Shown here piece after piece: positions 1-6,982 of a stretch of DNA of 40,117 nucleotides. Within the stretch, counting starts at the first letter, position 1, and every line of letters starts with the position of its first letter. Position numbers and translations under genes: made by a program. This DNA comes from a virus. Lineage: Duplodnaviria > Caudoviricetes. The DNA lies in IMG/VR virus record IMGVR_UViG_3300033067_001922, positions 1-40,117 of that record; one strand, given 5' to 3'. Under the pieces are notes generated by a model, which had not been told where the DNA came from, did not search any database, and worked only from the letters and a program-made list of their open reading frames with translations.

Positions 1-216
1 GAGTACGAGGGTTTCATCTTTCTCCCTCTTGACAAGGATACCTGCCCAAGGGTAACCCTGGAAGCCCGTGTGATGGGCTTGAACGTCATGACCAATGACA
101 ACGTCCTCCAGAAGAGAGACCAGTGGTATGCTTCCTCTGCTGAGGACTGTGAAGCTTACCTACGCTCCAGGGCTTCGTTCTTTTGGGAACAGATCAATCA
201 AGCCAAGTCGGCGTAG
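1..216 (+). CDS. C-terminal part of a glycosyltransferase (GT-B/GT4-like), truncated by the window start
   Basis: Frame 1 is open from base 1 to TAG at 214-216: EYEGFIFLPLDKDTCPRVTLEARVMGLNVMT..., resembling the GT4 'ExFGxxxxEAMAxG' motif. Confidence 0.6.
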   Translation, partial: EYEGFIFLPLDKDTCPRVTLEARVMGLNVMTNDNVLQKRDQWYASSAEDCEAYLRSRASFFWEQINQAKSA

Positions 217-563
217 ATTTCCTTGTTCTCTCTTCCAAACCACCTGACAAGCCTACCGGCATAGACGTTTGCTTGATCCTCAAGCATCTGGTTGTCGGCA
301 TCCTCCGGCCCAATCATCCCAAGCTCGAATTGCCTGTGATGCGTCAGTTCATGAGCAAGGGTTCGCATGATGTCGGCAATGGCCCTGTTCTTTGCTGCCA
401 CAATCACCTTTCCAGCTTGCGGGAGATAACCCCCGGCACTGGGATAGTTTGGATCGTGCCCAAACAAGAACACGATTTCGGCATTGCGTTGGATCTTGAG
501 GGACTCCACCACGTAGGCAGTGAACTTCTTGATCAGAGCTAGGTTTTGTGGCGTTTTTTCCAT
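198..563 (-). CDS. Small HExxH zinc metallopeptidase-like protein
   Basis: RTLAHELTHHRQ with a downstream Glu in EDQANVYAG. Start placed at ATG 563 (MEKTP), which follows a TATTTA motif and avoids overlap with the divergent gene at 615. Confidence 0.7.
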   Translation of the reverse strand: MEKTPQNLALIKKFTAYVVESLKIQRNAEIVFLFGHDPNYPSAGGYLPQAGKVIVAAKNRAIADIMRTLAHELTHHRQFELGMIGPEDADNQMLEDQANVYAGRLVRWFGRENKEIYADLA

Positions 564-614
564 TGCTAGGTCTAAATAGCACACAAAGGCAGTCTCCAAG
601 CCCAATCTAGGCTC

Positions 615-1499
615 ATGACTGTCCACCTCCCGCTATTCAAAGACGAAACTAGGCTGCCAACAGGGAAGAACCACATTTCTTTTTCCGAGGTATCCACTGC
701 TCTTGAATGTGGTTGGCAGCACAAGCTCAAGTACGTCCACAAACTGGAAGATCCTGGGTCGGAGCATACTGTGTATGGCTCGTGCATCCACGACTCAGCA
801 GAGAATTGGCTCCTGAACAAGGACAGTGCTTGGTACGACTTGGAGGAGAGCATCGAGAGCTGCGTTGCCAAGGTGAAGGAAGAGTTCGCAAGGATTGGCT
901 TCGATGCTGATGGCAACCCAAAGAAGCTGGAAAAGGAGTGGATTACTCCTGTCGGCGGAATCCTCACCAAGATCCCATCTTGGATGGATGAGACCTTCCC
1001 AGGATATAGTGTGGTCGCAGCAGAGCTTGAACTCTTTGAGCCATTGGACGGCCAGAAGAACAAGTGGTACAAGGGCTTTGTTGACTGTGTGATCAAGGTT
1101 CCAAAGAAGGCAAGGAAAGGAGCAAAGAAGGCTCCAAGTGGTTTCACTTACTGGATTCTTGACTGGAAGACGACTTCCTGGGGTTGGGACAAGAAGAAGC
1201 AAACCGACCCTGTCAAGAAGATGCAGCTCGCCCTCTACAAGCATTTCGTCGCAAGGAAGCTTGACATTCCCCTTGCAGACATTAAGTGTGGGTTCGTTCT
1301 GCTCAAGAGAACCGTGAAGTCTGGCGACCACTGTGAGCTCCTTGAGGTGCCTGTTGGTGATCAAACAAGGCTTGCAACCTTGAAGATCGTCTCCAACACC
1401 GTGAACATGATCAAGAGAGAAATGTGGATCAAGGAACGTGGAGACGCCTGCCGCTATTGCAAGTTCTTTGTCACTGAGCACTGCAAATGGGAGAAATAA
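615..1499 (+). CDS. PD-(D/E)XK nuclease (RecB/Cas4-like exonuclease family)
   Basis: HISFSEV...C start, GSCIH, GFVDCV, ILDWKT, QLALY, and C-terminal CRYC...C (possible Fe-S ligands). Confidence 0.85.
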   Translation: MTVHLPLFKDETRLPTGKNHISFSEVSTALECGWQHKLKYVHKLEDPGSEHTVYGSCIHDSAENWLLNKDSAWYDLEESIESCVAKVKEEFARIGFDADGNPKKLEKEWITPVGGILTKIPSWMDETFPGYSVVAAELELFEPLDGQKNKWYKGFVDCVIKVPKKARKGAKKAPSGFTYWILDWKTTSWGWDKKKQTDPVKKMQLALYKHFVARKLDIPLADIKCGFVLLKRTVKSGDHCELLEVPVGDQTRLATLKIVSNTVNMIKREMWIKERGDACRYCKFFVTEHCKWEK

Positions 1500-1506
1500 C
1501 GAGAAA

Positions 1507-2571
1507 ATGAAGATCGTTGGCAACTCAATTCTGTTCGAAAACGGCTTTTCGCTTGTCCTGCACCGCACAATCCGCCTGCCAGAGGATGGAAAGGCTCATG
1601 CCCTTCCCCCTTCTCGTGGTGCTTTCCCCATGAAGCGCATCGAGGACTACAAGGACAAGGTTCCCGAGGCATGGCGTGATCACGGTGGCGTGTTCATTCC
1701 CATGTATGCCCGCGAAGCCATGTGGCTTGGTTTCAATGGAGCAACCTCGGCTGTCAAGGTTGCTACCGGGAAGGTGAACGCTGTCTCTGGTGGCAAGTGG
1801 ACCCAAGAGCTCCAGCCTCCTACTGGGGTTGATGGCAAGGACCCTGAGCAAGACTACATGGTTGCTCCCCGTCCCCAGCCTTGGTTGGACGGATTCAATG
1901 TTGGCGGCGGACAGATTCGTCAGTTTGTTGCCATGCAGATGGGCCAGGGTTACACCGTCGAAGGACAGGTAACTGGCAAGGAAGATGTGGGGGGAATCCA
2001 GGTGCTCGTTGTTCCTGCGAAGCCTGGGAAGATTTCTGCCTCAAGCGCTTGCATTCTGGAGTCTTTTGCGATGCCAGCCAGCACTGGTTACTACATGGCA
2101 GGTGAAGATGTCGTGGCGGCATCGCCTGCTTCTGCTACGCTTGGCGGAGCATTGCGGTCGGCAACAAGGTCATCTCTTCCCAAGGCTGCTGAGATGGGTC
2201 TTGCTCAGGGTGGAAGGATGAAGCAGGATGTCTACGCTGACCCACACGGCATTGACACCTGGGATCAGACAAAGGCAGAACGCATCTTCATTCACATCGT
2301 GAATGCGGAGTTGTGGGAGAAGATCACCGGAGAGAAGTGCCCTCCAAGCCCAATCTCTGCTTCGGAGTACAACGGCCCGTGGTTTGACTACAGCAGCGGC
2401 GAGGAAGCCCTCCAGGGTTCTGGAACGCTCGCCAACGTCAAGCCAGTGTCTCAGAAGGACAAGGAGCACGGCTTCGTTGGACAGCAGAACGACGAACCTC
2501 TGAACGAGGCCCCAAAGGTCGTGAACCTGACACCAACGCCAAAGAACGTGATTTCTGACGGCAACTGGTGA
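1507..2571 (+). CDS. Conserved hypothetical protein (family I recall from bacteria and fungi, function unknown)
   Basis: 355-codon ORF with RTIRLPEDGK-LPP, GGVFIPMYAREAMW, QPWLDG and RQFVAM-G-GYTVEGQ-TG blocks. ATG 1507 follows the stop of the nuclease gene. Confidence 0.7.
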   Translation: MKIVGNSILFENGFSLVLHRTIRLPEDGKAHALPPSRGAFPMKRIEDYKDKVPEAWRDHGGVFIPMYAREAMWLGFNGATSAVKVATGKVNAVSGGKWTQELQPPTGVDGKDPEQDYMVAPRPQPWLDGFNVGGGQIRQFVAMQMGQGYTVEGQVTGKEDVGGIQVLVVPAKPGKISASSACILESFAMPASTGYYMAGEDVVAASPASATLGGALRSATRSSLPKAAEMGLAQGGRMKQDVYADPHGIDTWDQTKAERIFIHIVNAELWEKITGEKCPPSPISASEYNGPWFDYSSGEEALQGSGTLANVKPVSQKDKEHGFVGQQNDEPLNEAPKVVNLTPTPKNVISDGNW

Positions 2572-2580
2572 CAAACACCA

Positions 2581-2634
2581 CTCCAGGGGGGTAATATGAA
2601 AGGCGGCGAAAGTCACCTTTCGTCATTTCTGGAG
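2581..2634 (+). other. Intergenic long stem-loop capped by a GAAA tetraloop
   Basis: ctccagggg pairs with tttctggag, and gaaaggcggc-GAAA-gtcacctttc forms the inner helix (G-U pairs, one mismatch). Confidence 0.5.
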
Positions 2635-2640
2635 CAACAC

Positions 2641-2943
2641 ATGAAAAAGAATCCCCGCTCTTCAACAAAAAAGAACTCAGCCTTCAAGCAAGCTGCACCA
2701 AGGAGGTCGGTTGACCTTGCCGAACAACGCTTGTTGATTCTTGGTCTCATTTCCGAGCTTCGCAGCCTAGCGAAGTCCATGAAGAAAGCCAAGCCTGCAA
2801 ATATCAGACAAATGAGCTTCCTTCGGGAGGAGATTCGTCGAGCCTTTCGCAGCATGTACCTCCTTGACAACAGCCTCCTTCTTGCGACGATTCAAAGCAC
2901 CAAGAAGGCAATCCCCATCGCCAAGAACGACGAGGAAGAGTGA
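2641..2943 (+). CDS. Basic, helical hypothetical protein
   Basis: ORF fills the gap between neighbours. ATG 2641 preferred because ATG 2596 lies inside the hairpin. Confidence 0.6.
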   Translation: MKKNPRSSTKKNSAFKQAAPRRSVDLAEQRLLILGLISELRSLAKSMKKAKPANIRQMSFLREEIRRAFRSMYLLDNSLLLATIQSTKKAIPIAKNDEEE

Positions 2944-3008
2944 TGAAGATTTCAGCCTACACGACCACTCGAAACTGCGAGGAGATCCTTACTTGTTGGC
3001 ATGGATAA
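2943..3008 (+). pseudogene. Orphaned original 5' end of the downstream glycosyltransferase (MKISAYTTTRNCEE...)
   Basis: The 21-aa ORF MKISAYTTTRNCEEILTCWHG matches the N-terminus MKFKISAYTTVRNAIS of 3636..4658. Its ATG overlaps the upstream stop codon (TGATG). Confidence 0.75.
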
Positions 3009-3639
3009 GGCATTTTTTGTGCAACGCTATGTAGTTGAAGGCAAATCATATTCTGAGATAGCCAAGGAACTTGGTTGGAGCAAGTCATCTGTCGGATATT
3101 ACCTGAAAAAGTATGACATCCAACTTGCAGATCACAAAGTTCGGCAACGGGAAAAAACATTGCGTGGCGAGAACCACCCAATGTTTGGAAAACCAGGCAC
3201 ATTGACTGGCCGCCACCATTCGGATGAAACTAAGAAGAAAATTGGCGCTGCACATTTAGGAGTTCCAGAGCCGCCTGTCAGTGAAGAGACTCGGAAGAAG
3301 CTCTCGGCCGCGCAAAAAAAGCGGCCGAGAAAACCTGACTCTGAACGTAAAACACCCTTGTATAGGGCTGTCCGAATTTTGCCTGAGTACAAGATGTGGC
3401 GTACAATGGTGTATGAACGAGATGGCTATACTTGCCAGGAATGTCAAACCCGTGGTGGCGAGCTGAACGCAGATCATGTTGTAGCATTGTCTGCCATTAT
3501 GAGAACTTACAACGTGAAGACAGTAACAGATGCTCTTGCGTGCAAAGAATTGTGGGATCTTGACAACGGAGTAACTCTCTGTGTGCCATGTCATAAACGA
3601 ACACCAACTTATGGTGGCGGCTCCAAGGTGAGAAAATGA
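3001..3639 (+). CDS. Free-standing HNH homing endonuclease (N-terminal HTH, NUMOD3-like repeats)
   Basis: KSYSEIAKELG HTH; HPMFGK and HSDETKKKIG repeats; RDGYTCQEC...LNADHV...NGVTLCVPCH HNH core. Confidence 0.9.
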   Translation: MDKAFFVQRYVVEGKSYSEIAKELGWSKSSVGYYLKKYDIQLADHKVRQREKTLRGENHPMFGKPGTLTGRHHSDETKKKIGAAHLGVPEPPVSEETRKKLSAAQKKRPRKPDSERKTPLYRAVRILPEYKMWRTMVYERDGYTCQECQTRGGELNADHVVALSAIMRTYNVKTVTDALACKELWDLDNGVTLCVPCHKRTPTYGGGSKVRK

Positions 3640-4658
3640 AATTCAAGATTAGTGCTTATACGACTGTACGAAATGCCATTTCGATGGACTATCCCTTTGT
3701 GGAGTCTATTCGGTCCATGCTTCAGTTCGCCGATGAGGTCGTTGTCCTCGATACCAGCGATGGGGAGGATGGAACTCCAGAGAGGTTGGAGTCCTTGGCC
3801 AAGGAGGATTCCAGAGTAAAGGTTCTCCACGGGAACAAGCTCTTCGACTGGACAGCTCCGAACCACGGCATCTTCGATGGACAAACCAAGGCCATGGCTC
3901 GTGCTGCTTGCACCGGTCAATTCCTTTGGCAGTTTGACGTGGATGAGCTTGTTCATGAGAAGGACGCTCCCAACATCAGGAAGATTATCGAAGGCAGCAA
4001 GTACCTTCAAGGAGCACCGATCCTTGCCCTCCCAGTGGTCGAGTATTGGGGCCGACAGGGTAAGGTGAGGGTGGACATCAATCCATGGAAGCCTCGCCTC
4101 TCCAAGAACCTTCCTGACATTACCCATGGCATCCCGAAGCACCTTCGAAGGAAGTTCGATGGCTTGGATTATGCTTCCCCTGGGACCGACACATGCGACT
4201 ACATCTCAAAGGCAAGCGGCAACCCGCTTCCAGTCATTGGTTTTGTCCCTGAGCAGATTGAGCAGCTTCGCCGAGGAAGCTTTGTCAACCCAAAGCTCGC
4301 TGAGCCTTACGGACGTTGGTACAACTCAGTGATCAACCAACTCCCAGGTGTCTTCCATTACTCTTGGTTCAACATTGAACGCAAGATCAGGCAGTACAAG
4401 CTCTTCTGGACTGATTTCTGGAAGGCAATGTACGGTCCCGACTCCACTCAGAACAAAGACCCCAACTGGAATCCCTTCTTTGAGGTCCCTTGGTCTGAAG
4501 TCACCGATGAGATGATCAAAGCCAAGGCGGAAGAACTGGAGACAAAGACCGGAGGTCACATCTTCCACACAAGGTGGGCTGGTCAGGTAACTCCGCACGT
4601 CAAGATCAACCGAGAGCACCCGGCTTTGATCAAGGAGTGGGTGAAAGCACATGGATGA
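3636..4658 (+). CDS. Glycosyltransferase, GT-A/GT2-like
   Basis: ISAYTTVRN, ADEVVVLDTSDGEDGT, WQFDVDE (DxD) and GVFHYSW. Confidence 0.85.
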   Translation: MKFKISAYTTVRNAISMDYPFVESIRSMLQFADEVVVLDTSDGEDGTPERLESLAKEDSRVKVLHGNKLFDWTAPNHGIFDGQTKAMARAACTGQFLWQFDVDELVHEKDAPNIRKIIEGSKYLQGAPILALPVVEYWGRQGKVRVDINPWKPRLSKNLPDITHGIPKHLRRKFDGLDYASPGTDTCDYISKASGNPLPVIGFVPEQIEQLRRGSFVNPKLAEPYGRWYNSVINQLPGVFHYSWFNIERKIRQYKLFWTDFWKAMYGPDSTQNKDPNWNPFFEVPWSEVTDEMIKAKAEELETKTGGHIFHTRWAGQVTPHVKINREHPALIKEWVKAHG

Positions 4659-4812
4659 GAACATCCCGGAAGTGAACATCGTTTTCGAGGGCCCACCAGT
4701 TCCCAAAAAGTTGAAAATTAAGCGGTCTGGCCTTCTTGAAAAAAGAAATCCATTCCGTCGCACTCTGTTGGCCTACTCGGTCTGGCTGAGATATGTACGA
4801 AGCAATCCCTGA
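4651..4812 (+). CDS. PFRxT-tag mini-protein 1 (53 aa; capsid-like IPEVNI segment)
   Basis: Not in the ORF track. Translates as MDENIPEVNIVFEGPPVPKKLKIKRSGLLEKRNPFRRTLLAYSVWLRYVRSNP and overlaps both neighbours. Confidence 0.7.
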   Translation: MDENIPEVNIVFEGPPVPKKLKIKRSGLLEKRNPFRRTLLAYSVWLRYVRSNP

Positions 4813-5011
4813 GATCACCATTGATCTTACCACTGTAGAAGCCCCAAAGAGGAAAATCAGGGCTATATGGGGTCCTTCACTGTTTGATGATTTGTACTGG
4901 GTGCACCGTGCTTGGCTAGCAGGTCCATTCCGTCGTACTGTCTTGATTCCAAGGCTCAAAGATGAAAAACCCATTTCGCATGACCTGCATTCGGATCAAG
5001 ACGGTGTATAG
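4793..5011 (+). CDS. PFRxT-tag mini-protein 2 (major-capsid-like segment)
   Basis: IPEITIDLTTVEAPKRKIRAIWGPSLFDDL followed by GPFRRTVL. Confidence 0.75.
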   Translation: MYEAIPEITIDLTTVEAPKRKIRAIWGPSLFDDLYWVHRAWLAGPFRRTVLIPRLKDEKPISHDLHSDQDGV

Positions 5012-5156
5012 TCAGATGAGCAACCTTCTGATGAAGTCTAGAAGCATCGGCATAAGCGCCACCCTCGCTAGGCTGATGATGTTGCAGTCGTCGGGATCAC
5101 GAAGAGAACGCAGGTTGTGGCTCAAGCAAGTAAGAAGACGAAAAAGGCTGAAATGA
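4962..5156 (+). CDS. PFRxT-tag mini-protein 3 (tag at N-terminus; terminase Walker-A-like segment)
   Basis: MKNPFRMTCI followed by NLLMKSRSIGISATLARLMML. Confidence 0.7.
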   Translation: MKNPFRMTCIRIKTVYSQMSNLLMKSRSIGISATLARLMMLQSSGSRRERRLWLKQVRRRKRLK

Positions 5157-5359
5157 CAAACAACAACAGCTTCACGAAATTCCAGTTCCCGATTATTAAG
5201 AGGGTCTTTCCTTCTCTCGGCGATTTGTTTGTTCGAAAGGCCAAAAACCCCTTTCGATTCACCTGCTTGAGACCTGATGTGTTCCTTCACCGTGATTCTC
5301 CAGCCATACTTCTCACAAAAGACATGTTCCAACTTCTGAAGTGTGAGATTTCCCTGTGA
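5153..5359 (+). CDS. PFRxT-tag mini-protein 4 (major capsid N-proximal, Gol-region-like segment)
   Basis: ATGA overlap with the previous stop; SFTKFQFPIIKRVFPSL followed by NPFRFTCL. Confidence 0.75.
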   Translation: MTNNNSFTKFQFPIIKRVFPSLGDLFVRKAKNPFRFTCLRPDVFLHRDSPAILLTKDMFQLLKCEISL

Positions 5360-5589
5360 AAACTCTTTCAGTGGAGACGCTAAGGGAAATGGCTGTTCAC
5401 CTCTATGGTTCAAATTTGGCTATAGCTGAAACTGAAGTCCCAGTGTTCGTTGAGAGACACGAGGAGTTTCTTCCGGTCATTCGCCCTTTTCGCTTTACAT
5501 GTCTCAGTAATTCCATCAAGGAGAACGCCGTTGGTGAGTTCCTGGAATTCGTTCGGTCCAACTACCGAACCAAGGATGGAAGTGCCTGA
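5356..5589 (+). CDS. PFRxT-tag mini-protein 5
   Basis: GTGA overlap with the previous stop; contains RPFRFTCL. N-terminal part not recognised. Confidence 0.7.
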   Translation: MKTLSVETLREMAVHLYGSNLAIAETEVPVFVERHEEFLPVIRPFRFTCLSNSIKENAVGEFLEFVRSNYRTKDGSA

Positions 5590-5660
5590 AGAGGGAGCTA
5601 TCCAAATATGTCGCCCCAAGAAATTCTCAAGCGTCGCATAGGAAAGACGAAGATAAAGGT

Positions 5661-6428
5661 ATGTCAGAAACAACCTCCCCAGCCGAAGAGGCTACTGATT
5701 CAGTTGTCACAAGTCCTCGGATCACTGTTGTGGTGCCTTGCTACAATCATGGACGGTATCTCCGAGAAGCTACGGAAAGTCTGATCGCTCAGACCTACAA
5801 GAACCTGGAGATCATCATTGTCAATGATGGCTCATCGGACAATACCGCTGAGGTTGCCCGAGAGCTGGTCAAGGAAGATCCAAGAGTCAGGTTCATCAAC
5901 TTCTCCGAGAACAAGGGGAAGTGGTTCTGCTTGAACACAGCGATCGAGCAGAGCACCGGTTTGATCATCACCTCCCAGGACGCCGATGACATTGCTCTTC
6001 CCAATAGGATTGAGCGCCAGTTCATGGCGATGCAGTTCACAGAGAGCGTCCACAATCTCTGTGGGTTCCATCACTGCCGTTCCGAGGCCGAAGTTGAGGC
6101 TCTCAAGAGTACAGTGGTTGAAGGGGAGCTCAAGGGAATTGACTCCGAGAACGTGGCCAAGATGGTTGAATACGGATTCTCCACAAAGGGAATCAACCAC
6201 TACTTCACCGCCGAGTTTGAAACGGCGGGAACATCTGCTATGTTCCTGAAGGCGATCTGGAACATTGGTTTCCGTTTCAACCCACCTGGAGTGGGCTTGA
6301 GGGTTACAAATTCCGAGGATTCGGACTTCAACATCCGAGTTACCTTGGCTTTGAGGAATACCAGCGTTCTCGCTGAGCAGCTCTACCTCTACAGAAGATG
6401 GACGGGCACAAACAACGAGAGTAAGTGA
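5661..6428 (+). CDS. Glycosyltransferase family 2
   Basis: ITVVVPCYNHGRYL, IIIVNDGSSDNT, QDADD and EDSDF motifs. Confidence 0.92.
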   Translation: MSETTSPAEEATDSVVTSPRITVVVPCYNHGRYLREATESLIAQTYKNLEIIIVNDGSSDNTAEVARELVKEDPRVRFINFSENKGKWFCLNTAIEQSTGLIITSQDADDIALPNRIERQFMAMQFTESVHNLCGFHHCRSEAEVEALKSTVVEGELKGIDSENVAKMVEYGFSTKGINHYFTAEFETAGTSAMFLKAIWNIGFRFNPPGVGLRVTNSEDSDFNIRVTLALRNTSVLAEQLYLYRRWTGTNNESK

Positions 6429-6429
6429 A

Positions 6430-6711
6430 ATGCTACAATACGACGAGCAAACTCTAACGTCTTACGGATGGGCACCCTTTGCTCAGGTCTTCGGTGAACT
6501 CCCTGGCTTGGAGCAGGAACTACAGCAGTTCGTGCATGAACGACTGACACAAGAAACTGCTCGCAGGATCACTGAGGTCACTCAGAACTACCTCGATAGA
6601 GCAATGCTAAGCATGCACCTCCATCCTAGCGGTCCTCGTCCCAAACTGGAGTTCTGGAATCCACCCGGCACCAGTTCGATGATTTTGGTTGTGAAAACAG
6701 GAAGAAAATGA
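6430..6711 (+). CDS. Hypothetical protein, weak resemblance to a tail-sheath C-terminal segment
   Basis: 93-aa ORF coupled to both neighbours; contains QQFVHERLTQETARRITEVTQNYLD. Confidence 0.55.
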   Translation: MLQYDEQTLTSYGWAPFAQVFGELPGLEQELQQFVHERLTQETARRITEVTQNYLDRAMLSMHLHPSGPRPKLEFWNPPGTSSMILVVKTGRK

Positions 6712-6944
6712 GCAATTCAACTCTCCCTCCTGTGCCAACCCATCCACCCCTGCGTAGCTGCTGGAGACACTTCAAGGGCAACGTCTACATCGTATCGGAC
6801 ATTGCTCGGGACTGTGAGGAGCCAGGGAGGTTCCTCGTGGTTTACCGAAGCATGAAAGGCGATGTTTGGGTTCGTCCCCTTCCTGACTTTCTTGGAACTC
6901 ACGGAAGCGGCGTTCCGAGATTTGAACAAATCACGCGTCCGTAG
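6708..6944 (+). CDS. DUF1653-family protein
   Basis: WRHFKGNVYIV...ARDCE...VVYR...VWVRP...F...RF signature. Confidence 0.85.
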   Translation: MSNSTLPPVPTHPPLRSCWRHFKGNVYIVSDIARDCEEPGRFLVVYRSMKGDVWVRPLPDFLGTHGSGVPRFEQITRP

Positions 6945-6982
6945 TTCCGGTTCCGAACCGTCAAGTGACATAATTACCGTGG

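Noticed and set aside
615-1499. cas4 / CRISPR-Cas locus
   Set aside because: No other cas genes or repeat array in the window; solo PD-(D/E)XK nucleases are common in phages.
2943-3639. Group I intron housing the HNH (also considered for the GIY-YIG genes)
   Set aside because: Flanks are only a few to about 70 nt, leaving no room for a ribozyme core, and the downstream genes have their own complete starts.
4747-4770. Tag derived from the NPF near the T4 gp23 C-terminus
   Set aside because: Only three residues are shared; the invariant R and T are not explained. Too weak to claim.
4651-5589. PFRxT repeats as a CRISPR array or DNA repeat (attC-like cassette sites)
   Set aside because: Copies differ mainly at synonymous positions, spacing is irregular (46-278 nt), and no palindromic DNA repeat is visible. 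Conservation is at the peptide level.
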